From the NCBI GenBank assembly GCA_021107975.1, contig JAIORT010000600.1, positions 1 to 29,693 of the forward strand: a stretch of DNA of 29,693 nucleotides. Reading direction: 5' to 3'. The translations under genes were made by a program, and so were the position numbers. Position 1 is the stretch's first letter; each line of letters starts with the position of its first letter. The DNA comes from Bacteroidales bacterium (GTDB lineage: Bacteria; Bacteroidota; Bacteroidia; Bacteroidales; JAADJA01). The notes beneath the pieces were generated by a model. The model ran no database searches, had not been told where the DNA came from, and worked only from the letters and a program-made list of their open reading frames with translations. Below, piece after piece: positions 17,785 through 27,483 of the stretch.

Positions 17785-20700
17785 TTAGAATTCGTTGAAG
17801 TCTTCAACTCGTAATGAACCAAACCATTTAATAATCTTTTCATTGCCGGTAGTTTCATCTTTTACATGTATTAAATAAATACCACCTGCAATAGGTATTC
17901 CTGCGTGGTTTTTTAAATCCCAGTCAATGAATGTAACCGGATCATCTTTTGAATATTGCCTTATTAATGACCCATTCACATTATAAATTGTTACCGTACA
18001 TTTTTCCGGCAGGTAAGTAATCTTGATCCTGTTATCTAAAGGAACCCTTTCATACGCTGAATATGCGTAATAGGGATTCGGAACAACATTTATCATGTCG
18101 AGATCATCTTCAGCTTTCGTTTGGTTATAATATGTAGTGGCAATTCCTTCGGTTGAAAAACTATATAAAGGGTAGTATTTATTTTCACCTTCGCCATAAA
18201 CCGAATCAAGCGGTTCTGAATAATACCTTTTATAAGGTTTCCCTATTCTTATCCTGATTCTTGCTTCATTCGACAACCACTCTTCATTGTCAACCGATAA
18301 AGGAATACCTGCGTACATTACACTGGCATATATTAAACATCCATATTGCTGATAAAGTACAGGTGGAATAGTATCAATAGTTTTTACTAATGTTTTACCT
18401 GCATCATAAGCCGGGAAATCATATTTCAAATAAGTGTTTTCAATTGTACCGCTACGCATTATATATACATAATGCTTTCCGCCAAATAAAGGAAAAGCAG
18501 AAGGCATGTCAAAATATGATGATGTCGGATTGAAAAGCATGTCTCTTCCGTTTTCACCTACTAACCATGAATCTTCACCAAACATGATATTTAACCTTTC
18601 ACCGGTTTCAAGGTTAATGGCATATCCGGGGAACCAGCCCATACCGTAAGGATGAATATAATTCGGATCATCCGGATTATCACTTGAAGGAACATCCGGT
18701 TCTGCAGGATTTCCGTCTTTATCTAAAGAAGGTGAACGCCTTAATAAAAATCTATCGGCATTACCTTCGGATAAAGTAACATCCGGGCACATCTCAATAA
18801 CAGGACTTCTCGTCCATTTCGATTTATCCGGCGTTAAAACAATATCAATGCTGGAAATAGCTTTTAATCCCCCACTCCCAGATTTGGAAATTTTATCGAA
18901 AGCAGGAGCACATCCTGACATATTCTGATCAACGGCAGCACACATACAATATGGCGCCCAGGTACCGTTTACAATTTTTTCATAAGCCTCATCCGGATCC
19001 AATGGGTTGGGGGGACTGCCTGACATTTGCCAATCATCATTACCCGAATTTTGGTCATCCTTGTATGTTCCGGAACGAATCCAATTAAGCGGATTGGAAG
19101 GAACGTCATAATCAGACACACCGCCTAACCATTGTCTCGAACTGTCGGCATATTCAATGGAAAATTCAATCAATCCGTTATTCTCAGCAGGTATTTCATA
19201 AATAGCTTCACCGACGCTGGTATTCATTGCTCCTATTTTATATGGACCGGGTTCGAAAACAGGACCGAATGTTATAGAAATACCGAGTTCGGGTAAAAGT
19301 TGCTCATAATTAATATTTGTACTTGTATCGGAAACATATTTATTCCCGGTATTCAAATCTGTTAATACCCATTTTCGGGTTGCATTTACACCAATAGTAT
19401 CACCTCCGGGGCGCATTCCTTCGGCTCCTGTTACTTTGTGATATGTATAATGGAAAAACGCAGTATCAAATTTTAGGCTGTAGTTAGCACCTTTTACGTT
19501 TAACGGGTCAATAACTCTAATATTTACCGGGCCATTGCCATATTTGTAAATCGCGTTATAAGCTAATGGATAGTCCGGGTCACCATAATTATTATAAATT
19601 GTATCTCCCTCCGGAGTAATTTCTTTAATTACTGATAAAGCAGGAGGTTGATTTAAAATTTCTTCTATGGTTTCTTCTGATAATTCCAATACCATTCCTC
19701 CATTGCCCTGTCCTTCAATTCTTGTAATTTGCGGTCCGTCTCCATATTCCGAATTCATAATAATTCCATTAATAGATTTGTGGGGGATGGCAGTATATAA
19801 CTGGATATTTTTACGACCTGCCAGATACGGTTTTTTCTGTCCGTCAAGCTTTGTAGGATCGGTTTGGTCATAATCCTTAAAGTTATTATAACCATAAGCC
19901 AAAACACTATAATAATATTGCTTATGATTAACAAGCGTTTTGTTTTCGGTTGCAAACCGATCCTCGAATATTCTGAATGAATGGACAACTCCGTTATCAC
20001 CTCCATCAACTTCAACAACCGGAACATTGGCTCCGATTGCCTGATCATAATAAAAATTAACAAGTTGCCCTACACCGTTTTTAATACTAAACTCAGCTAC
20101 CAATCTTACTTTATCCGGATCATGTCTGCTTTCAGATATTGTAACAGTTGCATCCTTTAACTGGAATATCTGGTATCCCTCAAAATAGTAATAGGGATCG
20201 TACGCCTCCGGTGTGCCTATCAAAGAGTCAGGTGTTTGAGCTTTGATCTGTGGATCAAGTTCTTTATAAGATTCTTTATAATTATTAGATGTTTTGCTGT
20301 TCGTAATATATACTATTAACTCCTTGTCAAGTTCCCGGAAAGTTAAATCAGGTGCATCGGGACCATTTATAACTTTAAAACAATTATCGAAAAGTGCCTG
20401 GCATTTATCATCAACTACACGAAGTAATTCAACAGATGCCCATGCACCTCCTGCAATTGCTCTTGCCCATGGAATACCGACTGTAATATAATTAACAGCG
20501 CCCGGCTGCAATGTAAACGGACCGGCAGATTGCATAAATCGTCTGTCGTAAGGATTGTTTCCTGTAACTTCTTCTGTCCAGTAATAATCGTTTTGGTTAA
20601 AACCTCCGTTGGGAGGAATGCCTCCCGTACCCCAGTTACAAGGATCGGTATCACCGGGGAACATAAAATCACATTCAGGTCCTAATGCGCCTGAATTAAT

Positions 20701-22197
20701 GTGTGCATTTCCTCCATAAAGCATCCTTGAATTATCTTTCCAAAATCCTCTTAAATAGTTATAATATTCCGGGGCAATTCCCGGGTCTCCTTGGGGACCG
20801 CCTGAATTATTATGATATACGAACCTTCTCATTCCATAACGTTCATCATCAACAATGCCGTTTCCAAAGTTAACTCCGTTAATAGCCTCGGCTCTTATTT
20901 TAAATAATCCTGACTGAATACTGTCAGGCGGACCGTAATACCTAATTATCTCTGTACCATGAAAACTGACAATGCTGCAATCACCATCGAAAGAAGGTCC
21001 TAAAAGTCCGTCGCCATAAAAAGCCGGGTTATCGCATGTATCAGGGTCCATGTAAGGTCCCTGGAAGAAGTCAACGCCAATGGCAGGAGGCTGATCACCG
21101 TAAGCTTCAGGCTCTCCTCCTCCATCAACAGGTGTACCGTTATAACAATAACCCAAGCCCCTGTTAACATCACAACCCACGTAATCGTCCCATGCATAAC
21201 CAAGATCGGTATCAACCCACGGACTAAAATAAGTTTGAGTTAATACATAAGTTGAACGGTTTATTATTTCATAACTATAAAATGTCATGTTATTAATTTC
21301 ATCATTGGTTGCAAATCCGAATGCCTGTGCACGAATTTCCATACCAATTGCAGCCCCGTTTGTTTCTGTGTGGAAATTTCCTTTATCATTAAATATCCAC
21401 CACAGGGTTTCATCACCTTTTAATACCTGGTCAACGAGTATCCCGCCAAAATAATCAGGATAATAAAGTTCTGTCTCCATGGTAGGTGTTGGAACATAAT
21501 TAGGATCGCCTGCATAATTAAGCGGACACAGCTCATTAGTGATATCATAATAAGGATAGTCGCCGCTGCCCGGGTCATAATCACCATCGCCATCAACATC
21601 TTTAAAAGGCGCTAAATAATAGCTTTGTCCTTTTGAAATATCACCATGAGCCGGATACTCAAGAATAGAATTGGGTATTGAATAGCCTGGGAAATCTTCA
21701 GCCTTGTTGTCGCTGTTAAACCAATCAATAAATTCATCAATCTCGGCACGGGTAATCCTAAAGAATTTATCCCATTCCGAGCAAGTTTCTTCATCAATAG
21801 CCGCAGTACCATCAATAGTTAAGGGTCCTGTCCAGTAATCTTGTCCTATCTGGCGGTATCTTAATGCAGCTAATTTAAGCTGGTTATTGATATCAAGTCC
21901 GCCGATCCATAATGAACCGGAAAATAAGGATGTTGCCGATCCGTTAGCAGGAATAAAATACTGAGCGCCTATACCGCCCGGTAAATCCCACCACATGTCG
22001 CCACCTGTATTAATTCGTGCTCTTACATTGTTCACATGCAAAAACCTGTATCCTGACGGTGCTCCACAACCGGCTGCCGTGGATTTTATACTTTCGGTGC
22101 TTTTAAAACTGCCGAACTGAAATTCTCTGGCAACACTCAGGCGGGCAACAGATAGACAGAACAGCAAAATAAACAGAATTCGGAATATATTTCTCAT
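17785..22197 (-). CDS. Large secreted protein with a T9SS type A-like C-terminal domain; function unknown
   Basis: SPI signal ending SVA; C-terminus INVVPNPYY...IKITYLPEKCTVTIYNVNGSLIR...WDLKNHAGIPIAGGIYLIHV...KIIKW; Dx[DN]xDG motif DVDGDGDYD; FN3-like segment (YFEGYQIFQ...YYYSVLAY). Confidence 0.8.
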   Translation of the reverse strand: MRNIFRILFILLFCLSVARLSVAREFQFGSFKSTESIKSTAAGCGAPSGYRFLHVNNVRARINTGGDMWWDLPGGIGAQYFIPANGSATSLFSGSLWIGGLDINNQLKLAALRYRQIGQDYWTGPLTIDGTAAIDEETCSEWDKFFRITRAEIDEFIDWFNSDNKAEDFPGYSIPNSILEYPAHGDISKGQSYYLAPFKDVDGDGDYDPGSGDYPYYDITNELCPLNYAGDPNYVPTPTMETELYYPDYFGGILVDQVLKGDETLWWIFNDKGNFHTETNGAAIGMEIRAQAFGFATNDEINNMTFYSYEIINRSTYVLTQTYFSPWVDTDLGYAWDDYVGCDVNRGLGYCYNGTPVDGGGEPEAYGDQPPAIGVDFFQGPYMDPDTCDNPAFYGDGLLGPSFDGDCSIVSFHGTEIIRYYGPPDSIQSGLFKIRAEAINGVNFGNGIVDDERYGMRRFVYHNNSGGPQGDPGIAPEYYNYLRGFWKDNSRMLYGGNAHINSGALGPECDFMFPGDTDPCNWGTGGIPPNGGFNQNDYYWTEEVTGNNPYDRRFMQSAGPFTLQPGAVNYITVGIPWARAIAGGAWASVELLRVVDDKCQALFDNCFKVINGPDAPDLTFRELDKELIVYITNSKTSNNYKESYKELDPQIKAQTPDSLIGTPEAYDPYYYFEGYQIFQLKDATVTISESRHDPDKVRLVAEFSIKNGVGQLVNFYYDQAIGANVPVVEVDGGDNGVVHSFRIFEDRFATENKTLVNHKQYYYSVLAYGYNNFKDYDQTDPTKLDGQKKPYLAGRKNIQLYTAIPHKSINGIIMNSEYGDGPQITRIEGQGNGGMVLELSEETIEEILNQPPALSVIKEITPEGDTIYNNYGDPDYPLAYNAIYKYGNGPVNIRVIDPLNVKGANYSLKFDTAFFHYTYHKVTGAEGMRPGGDTIGVNATRKWVLTDLNTGNKYVSDTSTNINYEQLLPELGISITFGPVFEPGPYKIGAMNTSVGEAIYEIPAENNGLIEFSIEYADSSRQWLGGVSDYDVPSNPLNWIRSGTYKDDQNSGNDDWQMSGSPPNPLDPDEAYEKIVNGTWAPYCMCAAVDQNMSGCAPAFDKISKSGSGGLKAISSIDIVLTPDKSKWTRSPVIEMCPDVTLSEGNADRFLLRRSPSLDKDGNPAEPDVPSSDNPDDPNYIHPYGMGWFPGYAINLETGERLNIMFGEDSWLVGENGRDMLFNPTSSYFDMPSAFPLFGGKHYVYIMRSGTIENTYLKYDFPAYDAGKTLVKTIDTIPPVLYQQYGCLIYASVMYAGIPLSVDNEEWLSNEARIRIRIGKPYKRYYSEPLDSVYGEGENKYYPLYSFSTEGIATTYYNQTKAEDDLDMINVVPNPYYAYSAYERVPLDNRIKITYLPEKCTVTIYNVNGSLIRQYSKDDPVTFIDWDLKNHAGIPIAGGIYLIHVKDETTGNEKIIKWFGSLRVEDFNEF

Positions 22198-22244
22198 AAC
22201 TTAGTATAGTTTTAGTTTCTATTCAAATAATTATGTTTTATAAA

Positions 22245-25200
22245 TTAAAAGTTAAACATTATACCGAGACGAATTAGCCTCGGACGGCTATAATGATAGG
22301 GACTATTTATTCTGAGGGCATAAAGATCGCGGTATGATTGCGGATCGATTTGTTCGTTGATCTCCCTTTGCCACTCAGCAGCAGCAAGATATCCATCATC
22401 GCCAGGATTACCTGTCGCCGGATAAACTCCTAATACGTTCTTAACATTAAAGAGATTTAATACCTGTAAATAAATATTGAAATAAGTTCTGTTATCACCG
22501 CTTCCGTGTTTCAGATAAAATTCCTTATCAAGTCTCATATCAACCCTGAATTGCCAGGGTAACCGGGAGCCATTCATAGTTCCTTTCAGAATTCGTGTGG
22601 CGGGCGTAGTTATTGCGTTGATATTTTCCTGGGCAGTATATGGAGTTCCCGAACCACCGGTAATTGTAAAGTTAACCCCCATATTTTTCAATATCTGCAC
22701 GGCTTTCTCGCTGTCAGTCCCTTTGTTCCTTGTAATTGTCGGACCGTTATAATCTTTACCCTCTCCATACCTGTAGTCTATAGTTATGTTGAAAGCATGT
22801 CTTCTGTCCCAAGCCAATGGATTAGTAGTACGAAGGTTTGGTAAACCCGATGCTACTAAAGCAGCAGCAGTTGTACTGCTCGATCCTGTTCCGTCGGCAA
22901 ACTGTAAAGTATAACTTGCATTTATTCGTGTATTACTGTTTAATCGTCGCTGGTCATAAGTTACGGTTAATCCTTTAACAGTTCCAAAGTCAATATTATT
23001 AAAAGATGTATAATCTCTCGGATAGGCGCCGTTAAACCGGTATATTTGGATGTCATCACGCATTTCACGATAAAATGCAGTAAGCTTCAATGAAGATTTA
23101 TTGGTTAGTTTTTGCTGAAATCCTAACTCGTAGTCAATTGTCTTGGTGGGTTTCAGGTTAGGATTATTAATATTTCCTCCAATAGTATTAATAAAATAAT
23201 AAGAAGAGGGGTCAGCCGCTACATTAGTCATCGGTCTTTGAGTTAATACGTCATAGTGAGCAAAGAACAAGGCTTCATCTGAAATAGGGAATGAGAAAGA
23301 TATCCGTGGCATAACATTCCACTGCGGCTCATAATCCTTAAATGCGCTGTAATTTATGAATTCCTGGTTAGGATCAATTAAAAGAGGTGAAACACCTGAA
23401 CCGACGTCAAGCACATTAGGGTCCTGAATTTCAACACCATCAGCGTTATACCAGGTAAATTCATTTCTGTATCCTGTTATTATGGTAGGGTCGCTCACAT
23501 TATCAACGTAAACAACATAATCATTCCCCATGTTTCCGGGGTGAGTTACTGTTTTCCCACCTACCTCTGTAACTTCATTAACCGTATAAGCCGGGTAAAA
23601 TAAAAACGGGTCTTTTAAAACAGGCTGGTTTGCATCAAAACGATCGACACGAACACCGACATTAAATATAAGGTCGCGGAATGCAAATTTGTCTTGTATA
23701 TAACCCGCCATATAAATAGGCTCATAAGCCGGCATCGGTCGTAAATAATCTCCGTTTTCATCTTTCTTTGTAAAAAAATCATTCCAGCTCGGCTTACTCG
23801 TTAATTTATTTCCTTTATAATCATATCCATAGTAATTAGCGACATAATGACCATCATTCAATAATTCATCGGCGCTGAACATATCAATCGAGTATAAATC
23901 TTCGCCAACATTAATTGTATGCATATTCCCATCCTTGTCGTAATACTGGATAGACTTTTTTTCCATATCATAAGAGTCAATCAAAATAAAATCAAGTCCT
24001 TTTTCATCAAGCCCAAGCTTGTTCCTGAGATTTTTATCAAAGGCAGTTTGAGTTAATTCGTCGTATTTTCTATTATATATAATAGTATCCATAAAAATAC
24101 CATCATGATATATCGCAATTGGATTATCAACATCTAACTGTCCGATGTGGAAATTGGTTAAAGCTCTCATTCGGGTCCAAAGGTTATTTGCATCATAATA
24201 ATACCCCCTGTTCGTCCTTTGATTGTATTGAAAACCAAATTTAATTTCATTATTTCCAATATCGGCAGCAGCAGAAGCATTTATTGATATTTGTGTATTA
24301 TTGCTTTCCGCATATACTGTTTGTAATGAACCGGGTGCTGCCCACAATCCATATACATTTGGCGGTCCCTGTCCATTAGCCAAACCTCCTGATAACCACA
24401 AATCATCCAAATTGTCAATTAACCCGGGATATAATTCGTAAATCTGCCTTGTATAATTTGCCACATAAGGATTATAGTCAAATTTTTGAAAGATATAAGC
24501 TGTATCATAATCCCAGCTATTTAACAGCCAAACATTTTCATATTCTTTATCACCGATGGTTTCATCGCCTAATTCAAAGGTTGGGGTTTTATATGAAGAA
24601 TATTTTCCCAGGTAACCATATTCAAACAGATTATCTTTATGATAAGGATCCATTCTCCGTGTACGATACTGAGAATAGTCTGCCTGAATGCTGTAATAAA
24701 CATTTTTTATTACTGAAGCGCTTTCACTGCTTGAAGGAAATCTCTGTGTAAATTTTCCAAAAACCCTCCATGTATTGTTCATTGATAAATAATTCCTGTC
24801 ATAATTGAACATGGAATGGTATAAGCTGAAATTTTTTCCATCGTTATAGATATACTGACCGCCAAAAGTAAGGTTAGTATATTTTGTTGTTCTTATATCG
24901 ATTTTACCGGATAAGTTAATGCCATACCTGCTTGTATTTGGTGTAGCTTTTTGGTTTTCCAGATCGCTCTCTCTGACAAATCCGGTATTAGTAAAAGTAC
25001 CTCCGCTAGCCATACCTGTCGGACGAAGAGGGCTTTCTTCAAGATTTCGTAACACATCATCCTCTGCCACCCATACACCATTGGCAGTTGGTCTGCTGTC
25101 TTCCTGATAAATTAAATCGCCTGAGATAAAATATCCTAATAATGATGTTTGCTCCTCCTTTTTTCCTTTGATTAACGGACCTTGTACACTGAATCCAAGT

Positions 25201-25946
25201 CTGCTGTATCCGAATGCATCCAAAAATTTAGAAGACTGTAGTTCAATACCGGCTCCGAACTTACGTGATGGACCTTTTGTAGTTACATTGATAATACCAC
25301 CTCTTGCATCGCCATATTGTGCCGGTAAACCACCAAGGTAAACAGCCACCTGTTCAATAGCGGATTGAGGCAGGGTGGACGAACCTAACACCTTAATCCC
25401 ATCAATATACATAACTGTTTGATCGGACCGGGCGCCCCTGACACTTCCTCTCTCACCGTCAGCAGAGAACACACCTCCTACACTGGTAGCAATTGAATTT
25501 GCATTCCGGTTAGGCATTTTCTTAATTTCTTCTGCCGTTACGGTACCTCCTGATACCGTTTCATCCTTGTTAATAAGAGGTATCTTATAGTCGGAAACAA
25601 CGATTTCTTCGAGTTGCGCTGCCGTAGATTCCATTTCTATATCATAGAAACGGATCTGATCGGCATTGATAACCATACCTCTCACTAAAACCGTTTTATA
25701 GCCCACATAAGTAGCTTTAAGATCGTAAGTTCCGGGAGGGATCGGTTTTATAATATAATTTCCCTCAAAATCGGAAGTTGCACCGCCTACCAGCGTTCCA
25801 CCCAATTCAAGAATAATATTTGCAAAAGGAACTGGCTGCCTGGTTTCTTTATCTACAATCTTACCCTTAAGTGACCCGGATTGTGAAAAGACTAACAGAT
25901 TAGCGGTTAAAATAAACCCAATTGTTAATAGTAAATTTTTTAACAT
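22245..25946 (-). CDS. TonB-dependent receptor with an N-terminal carboxypeptidase-regulatory-like domain
   Basis: Signal peptide; GKIVDKET..PVPFANI...SDFEGNY.I..IPPGTYDLKATYVGY; TonB-box-like LEEIVVS; plug VRGARSDQTVMYIDGIKV; NPNLKPTKTIDYELGF; C-terminal Phe (LGIMFNF). Confidence 0.9.
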   Translation of the reverse strand: MLKNLLLTIGFILTANLLVFSQSGSLKGKIVDKETRQPVPFANIILELGGTLVGGATSDFEGNYIIKPIPPGTYDLKATYVGYKTVLVRGMVINADQIRFYDIEMESTAAQLEEIVVSDYKIPLINKDETVSGGTVTAEEIKKMPNRNANSIATSVGGVFSADGERGSVRGARSDQTVMYIDGIKVLGSSTLPQSAIEQVAVYLGGLPAQYGDARGGIINVTTKGPSRKFGAGIELQSSKFLDAFGYSRLGFSVQGPLIKGKKEEQTSLLGYFISGDLIYQEDSRPTANGVWVAEDDVLRNLEESPLRPTGMASGGTFTNTGFVRESDLENQKATPNTSRYGINLSGKIDIRTTKYTNLTFGGQYIYNDGKNFSLYHSMFNYDRNYLSMNNTWRVFGKFTQRFPSSSESASVIKNVYYSIQADYSQYRTRRMDPYHKDNLFEYGYLGKYSSYKTPTFELGDETIGDKEYENVWLLNSWDYDTAYIFQKFDYNPYVANYTRQIYELYPGLIDNLDDLWLSGGLANGQGPPNVYGLWAAPGSLQTVYAESNNTQISINASAAADIGNNEIKFGFQYNQRTNRGYYYDANNLWTRMRALTNFHIGQLDVDNPIAIYHDGIFMDTIIYNRKYDELTQTAFDKNLRNKLGLDEKGLDFILIDSYDMEKKSIQYYDKDGNMHTINVGEDLYSIDMFSADELLNDGHYVANYYGYDYKGNKLTSKPSWNDFFTKKDENGDYLRPMPAYEPIYMAGYIQDKFAFRDLIFNVGVRVDRFDANQPVLKDPFLFYPAYTVNEVTEVGGKTVTHPGNMGNDYVVYVDNVSDPTIITGYRNEFTWYNADGVEIQDPNVLDVGSGVSPLLIDPNQEFINYSAFKDYEPQWNVMPRISFSFPISDEALFFAHYDVLTQRPMTNVAADPSSYYFINTIGGNINNPNLKPTKTIDYELGFQQKLTNKSSLKLTAFYREMRDDIQIYRFNGAYPRDYTSFNNIDFGTVKGLTVTYDQRRLNSNTRINASYTLQFADGTGSSSTTAAALVASGLPNLRTTNPLAWDRRHAFNITIDYRYGEGKDYNGPTITRNKGTDSEKAVQILKNMGVNFTITGGSGTPYTAQENINAITTPATRILKGTMNGSRLPWQFRVDMRLDKEFYLKHGSGDNRTYFNIYLQVLNLFNVKNVLGVYPATGNPGDDGYLAAAEWQREINEQIDPQSYRDLYALRINSPYHYSRPRLIRLGIMFNF

Positions 25947-26088
25947 ACCATATAATTTTATGTTAGATTATACACTGTGCTTTAAAAAAGGGGGTAAAGT
26001 TAATAATAAAAAAATGTAATCTCCAAAATTTTTTTTATCCCAATACTTTAAATTCACACCCATTTGTACTAAATATTGCTTATATTGA

Positions 26089-26529
26089 TTAGATATAAGG
26101 AGCATTTAAAATTTCTGAATATATAACAGCTTTTCTTAAATTAAAATCCTCTATGTATTTTTTGATTTCTGATTTTTCTTCAATATCGATATACGAGAAC
26201 TCCTCCTTCTTAAAGCTTACACGTTGTCCTTCCTGTAAAAAGTCCGATAGTTCTTCACGTAAAAATGGCTGGGGTTCCTGTTTTTTAACCTCCTCTTCAT
26301 AAACCTCAACTCTTTCAGGTTCATTTTCAATCGGTTCAATAAATGATTCATACGGTTGAGGATGTGGGGACTCTTCTCCTAATAATATTTGTTCTAAGAA
26401 GGAAGCACCCGACTTTTCTTTTTCCCCGGAAGGCTGTGGATTTTTAGCATGTTTTTTCTTCTGCCCTTTACTATATATTGTATAAGCCAGCCAAATAATC
26501 CCGATTATTATGGGTAACAATTCTTCCAT
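26089..26529 (-). CDS. Small N-terminally membrane-anchored acidic protein with a C-terminal LRKAVIYSEIL motif (possibly YqfB-like)
   Basis: TM segment LLPIIIGIIWLAYTIY; Glu/Pro-rich linker; C-terminal helix FNLRKAVIYSEILNAPY. Confidence 0.7.
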   Translation of the reverse strand: MEELLPIIIGIIWLAYTIYSKGQKKKHAKNPQPSGEKEKSGASFLEQILLGEESPHPQPYESFIEPIENEPERVEVYEEEVKKQEPQPFLREELSDFLQEGQRVSFKKEEFSYIDIEEKSEIKKYIEDFNLRKAVIYSEILNAPYI

Positions 26530-26599
26530 AAAAGCTAATCAGTTAACATCATTTTAAAATTGTGCGTAAATATAATATAATATTTTTGAAAAAAAAGAG

Positions 26600-26637
26600 A
26601 AAATCAGTTTTCGGTAGAATAAAATCAGTTTTCGGTA
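26600..26637. promoter_or_regulatory. Perfect 17-bp direct repeat at 21-bp period; candidate transcription-factor (LytTR-like) site
   Basis: aaaatcagttttcggta at 26600-26616 and 26621-26637. Confidence 0.6.
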
Positions 26638-26718
26638 AAAAATTAGTGATTGTATATTGAATATTTTCTATTGTATTCTGACCTATCATAAATATGGTTG
26701 ACAAAAAACACCAAATTT

Positions 26719-27444
26719 TTATTTTAATTGTTGATAATACTCCATGGTTCTTATGTTTTCATTAATCTCGTCGGAAGCTATCTCACCGTCAATCAGCCTG
26801 ATTATGCGATGAGCATGTTGTGCAATATCTTCCTCGTGAGTTACTACAATAATTGTATTTCCGGCTTTATGAATTTTTTCAAGCAAACCCATTATCTCAA
26901 TGGAGGTTTTCGAATCGAGGTTACCGGTAGGTTCATCTGCCAGGATAATAGACGGATGATTTACCAAAGCCCTTGCAACAGCCACCCTTTGCCTTTGACC
27001 GCCGGACAGTTCGTTCGGTTTATGCTCCATACGGTCAGACAAATTAACATCTCCAAGAACTTCCTCAGCCCTTTGCAAACGATTTGATTTGTTAAAGCCT
27101 GCATAGATAAGCGGAAGTATAACATTTTCAAGCGCTGTGGAACGAGGCAGGAGGTTAAATGTCTGAAAAACAAATCCTATTTCCTTATTCCTGATTTCAG
27201 CCAAATGGTTATCGTCTAACTTACTTACATCTTTGCCATTTAAAATGTATTGTCCACCAGTGGGAGTGTCGAGACATCCTAAAATATTCATCAACGTTGA
27301 CTTTCCGGAACCTGAGGCACCCATTAAAGCCAAAAATTCATTTTTGTTTAAAGTCATCGAAATCGAACGCAAAGCCTTTACAACCTCTGTGCCGACTTTA
27401 AAGTATCTCTTTATATCGACAAGTTTAATAATTTCTTCATTCAT
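26719..27444 (-). CDS. ABC transporter ATP-binding protein (LolD/MacB-type NBD). Start moved from 27468 to 27444.
   Basis: Walker A GASGSGKS, signature LSGGQ, Walker [13 protein letters not shown]-loop VTHE; the -7 box at 27466-27473 overlaps the longer start. Confidence 0.93.
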   Translation of the reverse strand: MNEEIIKLVDIKRYFKVGTEVVKALRSISMTLNKNEFLALMGASGSGKSTLMNILGCLDTPTGGQYILNGKDVSKLDDNHLAEIRNKEIGFVFQTFNLLPRSTALENVILPLIYAGFNKSNRLQRAEEVLGDVNLSDRMEHKPNELSGGQRQRVAVARALVNHPSIILADEPTGNLDSKTSIEIMGLLEKIHKAGNTIIVVTHEEDIAQHAHRIIRLIDGEIASDEINENIRTMEYYQQLK

Positions 27445-27465
27445 ATTAACTAATTTTGTTATGAG

Positions 27466-27473
27466 CAAATATA
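27466..27473 (-). promoter_or_regulatory. -7 promoter element (TATATTTG) for the ABC ATPase
   Basis: Exact TAnnTTTG on the minus strand, 21 nt before ATG 27444. Confidence 0.6.
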
Positions 27474-27483
27474 GAAACTATTA

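Noticed and set aside
22245-25946. SusC/SusD polysaccharide utilisation locus
   Set aside because: No SusD-like lipoprotein, glycoside hydrolase or HTCS nearby, and no SusC signature motif recognised
26600-26637. CRISPR mini-array
   Set aside because: Only two 17-bp units with a 4-bp spacer and no cas genes
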